Notes: generated by a model from the letters alone, not told the origin. 51,879 nucleotides of DNA from Candidatus Buchananbacteria bacterium RIFCSPLOWO2_01_FULL_39_33 (GCA_001817505.1 MHIM01000012.1:1-51879), one strand, 5' to 3'. Counted from the stretch's first letter, positions 17,644 through 27,864 are shown. Translations and numbers: made by a program.

Positions 17644-18078
17644 TTAATCCTCAAGTGATTCAACTACAATGGAAGTATTTTTATATTTCTTAGGCAAGAT
17701 AATGGTCAGGAGGCCTTTTTTTAAGGTGGCTTTAACGCGATTTTGGTCGATTTCTTGGGGCAGGACAATGGAGCGGCTGAAAGCCCCCCAGTAGACCTCA
17801 CGAGCGAAATAATTGCTTTCTTTCACTTCTTTATCTTCTTCCCGATAGCCGCGAATAGTCAGCAAATCATTGCTAATGGAAATACTCAGGTCTTTAGGGT
17901 CGACACCGGCCATGGCTGATTTAACGATAATATTGTTTTCATCTTGATAGACATCGCAGGCTAGTTGACCCTCGCCGGCAGCAAAATTGTCATTTTCCGG
18001 CAAACTGCTGGACAGGAAAAAATCACGGGCCTTTTCCTCGTTTTGGCTTAAAGCATTTTTTTGGTTTTTATCAAGCAT
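17644..18078 (-). CDS. Hsp20/alpha-crystallin small heat-shock protein
   Basis: 144 aa alpha-crystallin domain: DVYQDENNIIVKSAMAGVDPKDLSISISNDLLTIRG...GAFSRSIVLP...ATLKKGLLTIILPK. Confidence 0.9.
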   Translation of the reverse strand: MLDKNQKNALSQNEEKARDFFLSSSLPENDNFAAGEGQLACDVYQDENNIIVKSAMAGVDPKDLSISISNDLLTIRGYREEDKEVKESNYFAREVYWGAFSRSIVLPQEIDQNRVKATLKKGLLTIILPKKYKNTSIVVESLED

Positions 18079-18160
18079 AGATTTGTAACTATCTCACTAT
18101 ATTATACTAAAAAAATGAAAAACCAGCAAATAAAACCGGTAAGTAGTTCTCAAAACAAAT

Positions 18161-18184
18161 ACACTCGCTGAAGTTAACGAGTGT
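18161..18184 (-). terminator. intrinsic terminator after the membrane protein gene
   Basis: ACACTCG/CGAGTGT 7-bp stem with a 10-nt loop, followed on the minus strand by a T-rich tract. Confidence 0.6.
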
Positions 18185-18187
18185 TAT

Positions 18188-18604
18188 TTATTTCTTATCA
18201 AGTTTTAAGAATTTATAAAGGCCAAAAGAAATTAAGCCCAATTGCAGAGTCGGTGTCAGACCGGTTTTAATAAGTGGGATGATTGGCATCAAATCGTTGT
18301 AGGCCCAACGGCCAGTAGAAAGCGCGAAGCGCTCTAAAATAACGGCAAAAATAATACCGATAACCAGCGACCACCAAAGCCGATTTTTAAAATAACCGAC
18401 TGCTATAAAAATTACAGCCAAGAGAGTGGTAAAAATCGCATCAAACAGCGCGGCTTTCAACAGAATCCATTCAGTGATTTTTCCGCCTTGATAATGAACG
18501 TATAAGTAGGAATGAAGATTTTCCCAAATTAAATTCAAGCTAAAGGCCAAACCAAAGATTATCAGTAATTTTTTTCCGTTTCTGACGGACATAATACTTT
18601 TCAT
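18188..18604 (-). CDS. hypothetical integral membrane protein (4 TM)
   Basis: 138 aa with four hydrophobic helices. WENLHSYLY and ERFALSTGRWAY motifs; no confident family. Confidence 0.55.
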   Translation of the reverse strand: MKSIMSVRNGKKLLIIFGLAFSLNLIWENLHSYLYVHYQGGKITEWILLKAALFDAIFTTLLAVIFIAVGYFKNRLWWSLVIGIIFAVILERFALSTGRWAYNDLMPIIPLIKTGLTPTLQLGLISFGLYKFLKLDKK

Positions 18605-18679
18605 AACATCTTCATCTCCCTTGGTTTTAAACCATCGGTAATAATACTTAATAATTTATTAACTGTCAATTATTATAAA

Positions 18680-18712
18680 ACAAAAAACCGTCCCGATTTA
18701 TCGGGACGGTTT
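18680..18712 (-). terminator. intrinsic terminator after cspA
   Basis: AACCGTCCCGA ttta TCGGGACGGTT, with A/T runs on both sides. Confidence 0.8.
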
Positions 18713-18734
18713 TCTTATTTCTTAAAAAGAAATA

Positions 18735-18932
18735 TTAAGCTTTTTTGACTTTGACAGCTGCTTGTCCTTTGGGGGTGTCAATGACTTCGAAAGAGACAGT
18801 GTCGCCTTCTTGAAGATCAGAGAATTCAATCCCGTCAAGTTCATTAGCGTGGAAAAACAAATCCTTTTGTCCTTCGCCTTGACTAATAAAGCCAAAGTTT
18901 TTGTCAGTCAGCCTTTTGATTGTTCCTTGCAT
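18735..18932 (-). CDS. cspA: cold-shock protein (CspA family)
   Basis: 65 aa. RNP1 NFGFI and RNP2 FFHAN. TTGACA-17-TAGACT promoter about 150 nt upstream gives the long 5' UTR typical of csp genes. Confidence 0.95.
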   Translation of the reverse strand: MQGTIKRLTDKNFGFISQGEGQKDLFFHANELDGIEFSDLQEGDTVSFEVIDTPKGQAAVKVKKA

Positions 18933-19283
18933 GAATTTAGAAATGAAGTGAATTAGCTCGCACTAGTTATGAGAAATTCGACTTTATTTCTATACATAAC
19001 TACTACTTTAGTAGGTTATTGGCTATTTGACTAAATCAGCCAAAAGTCCAATCTTTTACCATCTCCAGTCTATCACTCTTAGATTAATATGTCAAGAGGT
19101 TGAAAATTTTAAAGTATTGACAAGCAGTAATTTGTTTGTTAAACTGACCAAAGTTAAATAACCACCTGCAATTTGCCCCAAAATGGTTTTTCTATATTTT
19201 TAGGGCAGGAAATTAATAAATAAAAAGCAGGGCTTCCTAGATGGGTGATAAGACTAACCACCGGAGGTTAAGGGATTAAAATA

Positions 19284-20561
19284 ATGGCGATTGGAGTTAA
19301 AAAAGAATCAGAATTTAAGAAACTGCTTGAGGATAAGCAGTATTTTAATTTGCCCAAAATTGGTGATCTGGTTAAAGGAACTGTGATCTCGGCTAGTAAA
19401 AATGAGGTTTATATTGATCTTGGCGGCATTGCTACCGGTCTGGTTCGCGGCAAAGAATGTTATGGCGAATCGGAAGAATATAGGAATTTAAAACCCGGTG
19501 ACGAAGTAGAGGCAACTGTTTTAGAATTGGAAAATGAAAATGGCGAGGTGGAATTATCCTTTAGATACGCTGGCCGGCAAAGAGCTTGGCAAGACATTAA
19601 AAAAGTTGAAGAGAGCGGCCAGATAATCAATGCCATTATCACTGATGCCAATAAAGGCGGATTAATGGTCAAGTTGGGCAGTACTCTAGGCTTTCTGCCT
19701 GTTTCCCAATTATCTCCGGAACACTACCCTCGTGTCCCCGGCGGCGATAAAAATAGGATATTGGAGATACTTAAAAGTTATGTCAGCCAGAAGTTTGAAG
19801 TGAAAATTATTGATACCGATGAAAATGAAGATAAATTGATTGTCTCGGAAAAAGCTGCTTGGGAAGAAACCCAAAAAGATGTTATTAATAGATATAAAGT
19901 TGGCCAGGTTGTTGAAGGTGTGGTAACAGCAGTTACCGATTTCGGAATTTTCGTAGAATTTGACAAACTTGAGGGTTTAATCCATATTTCTGAAATTGCC
20001 TGGAAAAGAATTGATAATCCGTCTGATTTTGTCAAAGTTGGCGAAGTAATCAAAGCGGAAATAATCAGCATTGAAAATTCTAAGATCTTTCTTTCAATGA
20101 AAAAATTGCAAAAAGATCCCTGGGAAGGAATTACCAATAGGTATGAGATTGGACAAAAGGTCCCGGGCCTAGTTCTCAAAGCCAATCCCTTCGGTCTTTT
20201 TGTGGAATTAGACAAAGACATCCACGGTTTGGCGCATATTTCCCAACTTAGCGAGAAACCGGTTAGCAATGTGGAGAATGTAGCTAAAGCCGGCGATGAG
20301 ATTGATTTTTATATTGTTTCTATGGATCCGAAAAACCATCGGCTGGGACTAAGCTTAATAAAGCCGGCTTTAAAGAAGAAAAAAGAAAATGTCAGCGATT
20401 CAGACAGGCCGGCGGGCTTAGTGGCAGTAGCCGGAGAAAAATCAAAAGACCAGGAAATTAAAAAGGAAATAAAGCCAGTATCTAAAGATAAAGCGGTTAA
20501 AAAAACCAAGAAGGATAAGAAAACCGAAGAAGCTAAAGCCGAAACCAAGACCGGAACTTGA
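19284..20561 (+). CDS. rpsA: 30S ribosomal protein S1 (four S1 domains, Lys-rich tail)
   Basis: Repeated S1 OB-fold units (GDLVKGTV, GQIINAIIT, GQVVEGVVT, GQKVPGLVL). TTGACA-17-TAAACT promoter and a structured leader upstream. Confidence 0.9.
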   Translation: MAIGVKKESEFKKLLEDKQYFNLPKIGDLVKGTVISASKNEVYIDLGGIATGLVRGKECYGESEEYRNLKPGDEVEATVLELENENGEVELSFRYAGRQRAWQDIKKVEESGQIINAIITDANKGGLMVKLGSTLGFLPVSQLSPEHYPRVPGGDKNRILEILKSYVSQKFEVKIIDTDENEDKLIVSEKAAWEETQKDVINRYKVGQVVEGVVTAVTDFGIFVEFDKLEGLIHISEIAWKRIDNPSDFVKVGEVIKAEIISIENSKIFLSMKKLQKDPWEGITNRYEIGQKVPGLVLKANPFGLFVELDKDIHGLAHISQLSEKPVSNVENVAKAGDEIDFYIVSMDPKNHRLGLSLIKPALKKKKENVSDSDRPAGLVAVAGEKSKDQEIKKEIKPVSKDKAVKKTKKDKKTEEAKAETKTGT

Positions 20562-20608
20562 TGCCCGGAGATAAAAAGTCAAGCAGATATTAAAAATAGA
20601 TGCTAAAA

Positions 20609-20640
20609 AATACTCCCGCCTTTTTTAGGGCGGGAGTATT
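20609..20640. terminator. bidirectional terminator between rpsA and pgsA-like gene
   Basis: AATACTCCCGCC pairs with GGCGGGAGTATT; loop TTTTTTAG. Confidence 0.8.
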
Positions 20641-20648
20641 TGGTTTAA

Positions 20649-21257
20649 TTATTTCCTTTGTTTTATCAGTTTCAATGACCGGTGGCTGTAATTGAACCAG
20701 CTAAGGAGGCCAGTGAAGATAGCCAGATAAAGAAAGATTAGCGAGATTGGCAGCCAGATCGGCGAAGACGTTGTCAGGTAAAGGAAAATTGTTATTAGAC
20801 CCATAACCTGGAAAATCATCTTGCTTTTGCCGGTCCAATCGGCTGAGGGCGTGGTGATATCATGATTGATGATAACCAACCCCAAACTTTCCACCAGGAT
20901 TAAAACATCGATTATTACCATTATCAGTAGAATCTGGAAATAAGGATAGTGCCAGAATAAAAATAGAGCCGAAAGAATCACCAGTAATTTATCGGCTAAG
21001 GGATCAAGTATAATTCCGTATTCGGATATTTGTTTTCTTTGCCTGGCCCAGGAACCGTCAAAACTGTCAGTCAAGGCCGCCAAGAAGAAAAAAAATAAAG
21101 CTCCCCCGAAATATTCAGTAGCTAAAAGATACAAAATCACCGGAATCAGAAAGAATCTTAAGCAAGTTAGATGATTGGGCTTGAGACCTTTTGGCCAGAA
21201 CTTAAAGAGCGTCCGATTCCAAAATTCATCCACTAATTGCTGGAACTGGTTTGACAT
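20649..21257 (-). CDS. CDP-alcohol phosphatidyltransferase (PgsA-like)
   Basis: DSFDGSWARQRK...GIILDPLADK matches D(x)2DG(x)2AR...G(x)3D(x)3D; polytopic membrane protein. Confidence 0.85.
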   Translation of the reverse strand: MSNQFQQLVDEFWNRTLFKFWPKGLKPNHLTCLRFFLIPVILYLLATEYFGGALFFFFLAALTDSFDGSWARQRKQISEYGIILDPLADKLLVILSALFLFWHYPYFQILLIMVIIDVLILVESLGLVIINHDITTPSADWTGKSKMIFQVMGLITIFLYLTTSSPIWLPISLIFLYLAIFTGLLSWFNYSHRSLKLIKQRK

Positions 21258-21325
21258 TTTAAGGAAAAATAATTAATATATTAATTAGACCTAATTAGAT
21301 TATAATAAAAAATTACTTATTTGTC

Positions 21326-23146
21326 ATGAAAAAAATAACTAAACAATTCTTGATCGCTTTTTTGTTTTTTTTGATGTTTGCCAGTATTTTAAGCTTCATC
21401 ACTTTGCCGGCCGAAAGACCAGCTGCTGTCAATGTCACTACACTTTTAGCTCAAATTGATGAGGAAAAAATCGAATCAATTACGGTCCGAGAAAACCAAT
21501 TGGATATCACCTTAGTTGGTGGCGCCAAACAGGTATTGGAAAAGGAATCATCGGAAAGTTTGAGCACGTTATTGAAGAATTATAATGTCAATCCGGACAA
21601 ATTAAAGAAAATCGCCATTGATGTTAAGAGTGAGAGCGGAGTTAAGTTTTGGGCGGTGGCCATCTTGCCTTTCTTAATACCCTTTCTGTTTATTTTCGGT
21701 TTTTTCTGGTTTATGATGCGCCAAGCCCAAGGGGCCAATAATAAAGCTATGAGTTTCGGGCAAAGCCGAGCTCGGGAGTTTAATCCTAACAAGAAGTTAA
21801 AAATTACTTTTAATGACGTAGCCGGAGTCAAAGAGGCCAAAAAAGAATTGGTGGAAGTTGTTGATTTTCTAAAAAATCCCAAGAAATTTTTGGCTTTAGG
21901 CGCCAAGATTCCTAAAGGCGTCTTGCTTTTAGGCGCGCCGGGAACCGGTAAAACCCTTTTGGCTAAGGCCGTAGCCGGTGAAGCCAATGTGCCGTTTTTT
22001 AGCATTTCCGGCTCGGAATTCGTGGAAATGTTTGTCGGTGTCGGCGCTTCGCGTGTCAGGGATTTATTCAATAAAGCCAAAAAAAATGCCCCTTGCATTG
22101 TCTTTATTGATGAAATTGACGCTGTTGGCCGGCAACGCGGGGCCGGGCTGGGCGGCTCGCATGATGAAAGGGAGCAAACGCTTAACCAAATATTGGTAGA
22201 AATGGATGGCTTTGACCCAAGAACCAATGTCATTATCATGGCGGCCACTAATCGGCCCGATGTTTTGGATTCAGCTCTTTTAAGGCCGGGCCGGTTTGAC
22301 CGCCGAGTGACTTTGGATATGCCGGATATCAATGACCGCGAAGAAATTTTAAAGGTTCATTCCAAGGAAAAACCGCTGGCTAAAAATATCAGCTTAAGAA
22401 AAGTGGCCGAGAGAACTCCCGGTTTTTCCGGAGCTGATTTATCAAACCTGCTTAATGAAGCGGCCATCTTGGCTGCTTTGGAAAATAAAAAAGAAGTCAG
22501 CGAATACCACATTCTACACAGCATTGATAAGGTCTTGCTGGGCCCGGAAAGAAGGAGTTATATTTTAAATGAAAAGGAAAAAGAAATCACTGCTTATCAT
22601 GAGGCGGGCCATGCTTTAGTGGCTCATGAATTGCCCCATACCGACCCGGTCAGCAAAATTTCTATCGTGGCTAGAGGCAGCGCGGCCGGCTTTACCTTGA
22701 AATTGCCCACTGAAGACCGACGGCTTCATAGCAGATCGGAATTTTTAGAAGATCTGGCCGTGATGTTGGCCGGGCAAGTAGCGGAGAGGATTGTTTTCAA
22801 TGAAGTTACCACTGGCGCCCAAAGCGATCTGCGCCAAGCTACTACGTTGGCCAAAAAGCTAATTACCGAATATGGCATGAGTGAAAAAATGGGATTAAGG
22901 ACTTTCGGTGAAAGGGAAGAACTGATATTTTTAGGCAAGGAAATTCACGAACAACGCGATTATTCCGAAAAAACCGCTGAAGAAATAGATAAGGAAATTC
23001 ATCGTTTAACTGATGAGGCGGCGGTGCTGGCTGAAAAAATAATTAAGGAAAAAAGAAGATACCTGGATAAGATCGTGATCGCTTTAAAAGCCAAGGAGAC
23101 CATAGAAACTGATGAGTTCAATGCTTTGTTTGCCGATAAAGAATAA
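21326..23146 (+). CDS. ftsH: ATP-dependent zinc metalloprotease FtsH
   Basis: Two N-terminal TM helices, Walker A GAPGTGKT, Walker [12 protein letters not shown] region, HEAGHALV zinc site. Confidence 0.97.
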   Translation: MKKITKQFLIAFLFFLMFASILSFITLPAERPAAVNVTTLLAQIDEEKIESITVRENQLDITLVGGAKQVLEKESSESLSTLLKNYNVNPDKLKKIAIDVKSESGVKFWAVAILPFLIPFLFIFGFFWFMMRQAQGANNKAMSFGQSRAREFNPNKKLKITFNDVAGVKEAKKELVEVVDFLKNPKKFLALGAKIPKGVLLLGAPGTGKTLLAKAVAGEANVPFFSISGSEFVEMFVGVGASRVRDLFNKAKKNAPCIVFIDEIDAVGRQRGAGLGGSHDEREQTLNQILVEMDGFDPRTNVIIMAATNRPDVLDSALLRPGRFDRRVTLDMPDINDREEILKVHSKEKPLAKNISLRKVAERTPGFSGADLSNLLNEAAILAALENKKEVSEYHILHSIDKVLLGPERRSYILNEKEKEITAYHEAGHALVAHELPHTDPVSKISIVARGSAAGFTLKLPTEDRRLHSRSEFLEDLAVMLAGQVAERIVFNEVTTGAQSDLRQATTLAKKLITEYGMSEKMGLRTFGEREELIFLGKEIHEQRDYSEKTAEEIDKEIHRLTDEAAVLAEKIIKEKRRYLDKIVIALKAKETIETDEFNALFADKE

Positions 23147-23272
23147 TTTATCCCAATAATAATTTATCAATTAAAAGCGCTGGCCTTAAAGAGGGCTGGC
23201 GCTTTTTTCTTTTATTTTTTAATTTATGTTATAATATTAGCAACCAGTTGGATTAATAACTTTTTAAAATAT

Positions 23273-24307
23273 ATGGAGGAGAGAACGCTTTATAGGCCGA
23301 TTTTAAAAGAGGCCTGGCAAATTACTAAAAATTTTAAATCATTGTGGTTTTTAGGGTTGTTTGCCGCTGTCTTGGGCGGTAGCGGAGAATTTGAATTATT
23401 GGCGAGGATAATATTCAAACCGGGGAGTAATCAGGGCTTAATACTGGGCGCTTTTGAAAGTTTTAAGACCGGTATCCAGAACACTCTGCCAACTGGGGCT
23501 GATTTATGGTCAAATCTTTTAACTCTGTTAATTAACGCTCCGCTTAATTTGATTTCGCTGATTTTGGTCTTGGTCGCCATTGTTTTAATAGCCCTATTTG
23601 TAATTTGGCTGGCAGTTGTTTCCCAAGTCGGTTTGATTAGAAATATTGATTCCATTATTGATAAGAATCCCAAACCCACTATTAATGAGGGCCTAGAGGC
23701 GGGAGTGGAAAATTTTTGGCCGATCATAACCGTCCAATTGATTTACAAAGCCATATTATTTATTGTCTTCGTTTTATTGGGCAAAGAAATAATACTTTTG
23801 ACTCTCTTGCCAACAGCCGGCATCGTTATCCATATTATTTTACTGATTTTATTTTCCCTGATTATGATTGTGATTTCATTTGTCATCAGGTATCAGATAA
23901 TTTTTATTATCCTAAAAAAAGAAAAAATTATCACCGCCCTAAAATCAGCTTGGAAATTATTTATCGGCAATTGGCTGATATCTTTGGAAATGGCTTTTAT
24001 ACTTTTTATTGTCTATTTATCAGCGGCCTATCTAACTGCTTTTATTTTTGCCTTGTTTTTAGCAGTCCCCTTGGTGTTTTTGACTTATTCTTATCAAATA
24101 CCGGCTATCTTCATCTTAGTTATCGGCGCTATATCAATTTCGGCAGTCCCTGTAATCATCTTTTTAATAACTGCCATTGTTAACACTTTCCAGTGGGCGT
24201 CTTGGACGCTTTTATTTAAACGAATAAGCGCTGGTAAATCATCAAGTAAAATAATCAGATTATCGGCCCAATCTCCCAATCTCAAGAATCCGTTCAATAA
24301 AAAATAG
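23273..24307 (+). CDS. hypothetical polytopic membrane protein
   Basis: 344 aa with about 6-7 hydrophobic helices and no recognisable catalytic motif. Confidence 0.55.
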   Translation: MEERTLYRPILKEAWQITKNFKSLWFLGLFAAVLGGSGEFELLARIIFKPGSNQGLILGAFESFKTGIQNTLPTGADLWSNLLTLLINAPLNLISLILVLVAIVLIALFVIWLAVVSQVGLIRNIDSIIDKNPKPTINEGLEAGVENFWPIITVQLIYKAILFIVFVLLGKEIILLTLLPTAGIVIHIILLILFSLIMIVISFVIRYQIIFIILKKEKIITALKSAWKLFIGNWLISLEMAFILFIVYLSAAYLTAFIFALFLAVPLVFLTYSYQIPAIFILVIGAISISAVPVIIFLITAIVNTFQWASWTLLFKRISAGKSSSKIIRLSAQSPNLKNPFNKK

Positions 24308-24432
24308 GACTGGCCTTAAAACCGTTCTGATTTTTCGCTGACCGGCGAAGTTGGAACGGTTTTAAAATTAGTCGGAACTTGTAATAATACTGCAAAGAAA
24401 TTATAATTAATCCATAAACAGATAATTAAATT

Positions 24433-26133
24433 ATGGCTATTGGCCCGTCATTGGAAGATTTATTAGCTGAATCGGCTAAAGAAAAAGAGGACTCAACGGC
24501 TTCTGAACTCCAAGAAAAAATCAAAGAAATCACTATCAAAGAAAAAGAAGAGGAAACCGAAAGGCAAGCCGCTGCCATCGGTTTGCCTTATATTAATTTA
24601 GTGGGTTTTAGCATTGGTCCTGATGATTTGGCTACTCTAGCCAAAGATCAATCGCAAAAACTGCAGACCATCTGTTTTTTCAACGATGGCCGGGAAATAC
24701 GCTTGGGCTCGGTAGATTATAATAATGAAGTTAAAAACCTTGAAGCCGAGCTAAAAGAAAAGTATCAAGCCAATGTTGCCACTTATCTGATATCTTTAAA
24801 TAGTTTTAACCACGCTTTAAAAATTTATGAAACCCTGCCAGCAGTTAGAAAATTCATCAAAGGTATAGAAATTAAAGAAGAGGAGATAAAGAAATTTGAA
24901 AAGGACATTAGAAACTTTCATGATTTGAATGAAAAAATCAAAAATGTTTCCATGACTGAACTAATTACCTTAATCATTGCCGGCGCCATCAAATCCCGAG
25001 CTTCTGATATCCATATTGAAGCTGAAGAAAAGGACTTAAAAGTGCGCTATCGCATTGACGGCGTTTTAAATGACGTGGCTATTTTAGCCAAAGAAGTCGG
25101 ACCTAAAATCACTTCGCGCATTAAGCAACTGGCCAGATTAAAAATAAATATAGTTGATCGACCCCAAGATGGCCGCTTTTCTATTTTTCTGAAAAATGAT
25201 CGGGTTGATGTCAGGGTCAGCGCTCTGCCGACCGGTTTTGGCGAAAGCATTGTTATCAGGTTATTGATAGCTTCAGCTGTCAGCTTGTCTTTTGAGGAAT
25301 TGGGTTTAAGGGGTCGGTCTTACAAAACTTTAGAGAAAGAAGTCAAAAGGCCCAATGGCCTGATTATCGCTACCGGTCCGACGGGTTCAGGCAAGACCAC
25401 CACCCTTTATGCCATTTTAAAAAAACTCAACGATCCGGAAACCAAGATAATCACCATTGAAGATCCGATTGAATATGAGTTAGTTGGTATCAACCAAAGT
25501 CAGGTGACTAAGGAATACACCTTCGCCAAAGGCCTGCGTTCAATCGTCCGCCAGGACCCGGATATTATTATGGTCGGCGAAATCCGCGATTTGGAAACAG
25601 CGGAAATTGCCATCCAGGCGGCTCTAACCGGCCACTTAGTCTTATCAACTATTCATACCAATGACGCTTTCGGCACCATTCCGAGATTTTTAGCGCTGGG
25701 CGCCAAGCCGTTTTTGCTGGCGCCGGCTTTAAACGTGGCTATCGGCCAGCGCTTGGTCAGAAAAATCTGCACTGATTGCAAAACCGAAACCAAGTTAGAC
25801 GAAGAAACTTTAGAGCGAGTCAAAAAGCTCTTGAGCGCTTTGCCGGTAGAAGATAAGAAAGAATATAAAGTTGATTTGGATAAATTAAAATTTTATAAAG
25901 GCCAAGGCTGCGATGTCTGCCAGGGCCTGGGTTACAAGGGCCGAATCGGCATTTATGAAATTATGCCCATTGAAGGCGAAATTGAAGACACGATTATCAA
26001 AGGCAATTTATCGGAAAATGAAATTAAGGAAATGGCGGTTGAACGAGGGGTGATTTCTATGGTGCAAGATGGGTTGCTTAAGGCCTTAGAGGGTATTACT
26101 TCAGTGGATGAGGTTTTTAGGGTGGCGGAGTAA
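24433..26133 (+). CDS. type II/IV secretion-system ATPase (PilB/GspE family)
   Basis: Walker A GPTGSGKTTT, Asp box, Walker B IIMVGEIRD, His box GHLVLSTIHTND, C-terminal CTDC...CDVC zinc motif. Confidence 0.93.
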   Translation: MAIGPSLEDLLAESAKEKEDSTASELQEKIKEITIKEKEEETERQAAAIGLPYINLVGFSIGPDDLATLAKDQSQKLQTICFFNDGREIRLGSVDYNNEVKNLEAELKEKYQANVATYLISLNSFNHALKIYETLPAVRKFIKGIEIKEEEIKKFEKDIRNFHDLNEKIKNVSMTELITLIIAGAIKSRASDIHIEAEEKDLKVRYRIDGVLNDVAILAKEVGPKITSRIKQLARLKINIVDRPQDGRFSIFLKNDRVDVRVSALPTGFGESIVIRLLIASAVSLSFEELGLRGRSYKTLEKEVKRPNGLIIATGPTGSGKTTTLYAILKKLNDPETKIITIEDPIEYELVGINQSQVTKEYTFAKGLRSIVRQDPDIIMVGEIRDLETAEIAIQAALTGHLVLSTIHTNDAFGTIPRFLALGAKPFLLAPALNVAIGQRLVRKICTDCKTETKLDEETLERVKKLLSALPVEDKKEYKVDLDKLKFYKGQGCDVCQGLGYKGRIGIYEIMPIEGEIEDTIIKGNLSENEIKEMAVERGVISMVQDGLLKALEGITSVDEVFRVAE

Positions 26134-26202
26134 TTCATGAAACTTGAAGCCTATCATTAATTAAAACAACGCTGTTACAGGTGTTGTTTTATGTTTCAGG
26201 TT

Positions 26203-26643
26203 TTAGGTTTTATGAATTATAATTTCCCTTTTATTCCCTCTTAGAGTTTTGAAATTTATTTTAAGGCAATCTTTCGGCCAGCTAGCGCGTACTCTATCAG
26301 CCCATTCAATCACGGTGATATATAATGGATTATTCAGGTAATCATTGATACCAATCGCTTCTAAATCTTTGCCACTTAATAAACGGTAGGCATCGATATG
26401 AACCAGCTTCCGTAGAGACGGGGCATGCCCCGTCTCTACATCATAATTCTTCATTAAAACAAAAGTCGGGCTGGTAATCATATCGGCTACTCCCAGGCCT
26501 TTGGCCAGGCCTTTGACAAAAGCCGTTTTGCCACTGCCCAAATCGCCAATCAGACAAAGCGTTTCACTGCCTTTTAGAGTTTGGGCGATATTTTTAGCAA
26601 ATTCGAAGGTTTCTTTTTCAGAATTAGTGATTATTTTATTCAT
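26203..26643 (-). CDS. tsaE: tRNA t6A37 biosynthesis protein TsaE
   Basis: GDLGSGKT P-loop, SPTFVLM, HIDAYRL. Carries the 28-bp palindrome in frame (codes ..VETGHAPSLRK..). Confidence 0.9.
   Translation of the reverse strand: MNKIITNSEKETFEFAKNIAQTLKGSETLCLIGDLGSGKTAFVKGLAKGLGVADMITSPTFVLMKNYDVETGHAPSLRKLVHIDAYRLLSGKDLEAIGINDYLNNPLYITVIEWADRVRASWPKDCLKINFKTLRGNKREIIIHKT
26412..26439. repeat. perfect 28-bp palindrome GTAGAGACGGGGCATGCCCCGTCTCTAC (copy 1, inside tsaE)
   Basis: Identical copies at 34736-34763 and 34919-34946. Confidence 0.95.
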
Positions 26644-26746
26644 AGATTTAGTATAAAGTTAAAAGTTTATAAAGTTTATAAAGTTTTTTTTAAAAAGATA
26701 ATTTATTATAATGCTACTTTCAACTTTATAACTTGCAAACTTTCAA

Positions 26747-27841
26747 CTACTCAAGTTCCCAATTAGGGTCCGCTTTAATATTTTGCCAATTATCCAGAGC
26801 CGGCATTTTTTCCTGGGTTAAATAATAAGCGGCCAGGCCGATCATAGCGGCGTTATCGGTGCAATACTGAAATTGAGGCACAAAAAATTCCAAGTTTTGA
26901 ATTCTGGCAGCTGATTCTAATTCCTGCCTTAATTTTTTATTAGCCGCTACCCCGCCAGCTAAAAAAATTGTTTTGGCTGAAAATCGGCTGGCTGCTTTAA
27001 TGGTTTTTCTGACTAAAACCTCAACGACTGCCGCTTGAAATTCATGACAAATTTCCGGTGTTCGCTTTTTGATTGCCTGCTTGGTCATTTTTTGCACGGC
27101 GTATAAAACTGCGGTTTTCAGACCGGAAAAACTGAAATTAAAATCGCCAGAATCAATCATTGGCCGCGGCAAAGATAAATTTGAAATTTTAAATTTTAAA
27201 TTTGAAATTTTTGTCGCCTCTGAGGCGACAATTGGTCCACCCGGATAGCCCAAGTTAAGCAGTTTAGCGACTTTATCAAAGGCCTCGCCAGCTGCATCAT
27301 CAACGGTTTGGCCGATTTTTTTGAACTTATTATAATCCTCCACTAAAACCAATTCAGTGTGTCCGCCGGAAACTATCAAAGCCATGACGGGGAATCGGCT
27401 ATTTCCCCTGCCTGGTTTGAAGGAGGGGGCTGGGGGAAGATTAAAATATAAAAAATTAACCGCTAAGTGCGCATAAATATGATTGATTGGCATTACCGGT
27501 TTATTCCAGGCCACACCAAGTGACTTGGCAGATTCTACTCCGACAATTAAAGAGGTAATTAAGCCCGGTCCGGCAGTAACTGCAATTAAATCAATATCTT
27601 TAGAAGTAACGCCGGCCTTTTCTAAACTTTCTATAATGACTGGAATAATATTTTTTACATGTTCGCGCGCTGCTACTTCTGGCACCACTCCGCCATAAGC
27701 TTTATGGATATCAATCTGGGAAGAAACGACATTAGCCGCTACCTCAAAAATATCTTCATTAACTTTAATAACAGCAGCCGATGTTTCGTCACATGATGTC
27801 TCAATAGCTAGTATAGTTAAAATTTTATTTTGTTTTTTCAT
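26747..27841 (-). CDS. tsaD: tRNA N6-adenosine threonylcarbamoyltransferase TsaD
   Basis: ILAIETSCDETS, SGGHTEL, FSFSGLKT and CTDNAAMIG motifs. Two lineage-specific inserts (NLPPAPSFKPGRGNSRF and ISNLKFKISNLS). Confidence 0.93.
   Translation of the reverse strand: MKKQNKILTILAIETSCDETSAAVIKVNEDIFEVAANVVSSQIDIHKAYGGVVPEVAAREHVKNIIPVIIESLEKAGVTSKDIDLIAVTAGPGLITSLIVGVESAKSLGVAWNKPVMPINHIYAHLAVNFLYFNLPPAPSFKPGRGNSRFPVMALIVSGGHTELVLVEDYNKFKKIGQTVDDAAGEAFDKVAKLLNLGYPGGPIVASEATKISNLKFKISNLSLPRPMIDSGDFNFSFSGLKTAVLYAVQKMTKQAIKKRTPEICHEFQAAVVEVLVRKTIKAASRFSAKTIFLAGGVAANKKLRQELESAARIQNLEFFVPQFQYCTDNAAMIGLAAYYLTQEKMPALDNWQNIKADPNWELE
27389..27439. repeat. GC-rich hairpin element in frame inside tsaD
   Basis: GGGGAAtcggctaTTTCCCC hairpin followed by GGAGGGGGCTGGGGGAAG. 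Sits just before the SGGHT motif codons. Confidence 0.7.
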
Positions 27842-27864
27842 AAACAGTTAAATTCATCGTCTTG

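Noticed and set aside
17643-17663. Longer start for the VanW gene, and similarly longer starts at 1734, 2790, 12850, 28402, 34290, 43325 and 45625
   Set aside because: The extensions overlap upstream coding regions or promoters, or use TTG where a well-placed ATG follows. The conserved protein N-termini begin at the downstream ATG.
18161-18184. CIRCE-like heat-shock operator upstream of hsp20 (AACACTC..GAGTGT)
   Set aside because: The spacing between half-sites is 12 nt rather than 9 and the half-sites deviate from TTAGCACTC/GAGTGCTAA. The element lies upstream of the -35 region, directly after the stop of the preceding gene, where it works as a terminator.
21580-22332. Long antisense or alternate-frame ORFs inside ftsH, rpsA (19778-20269), ileS (49355-49912), nusA (4449-4943), hppA, and 23716-24183
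   Set aside because: Each lies within a gene with unambiguous conserved motifs on the annotated frame. Their compositions (Ser/Leu/Pro-rich, low complexity) are typical of shadow ORFs.
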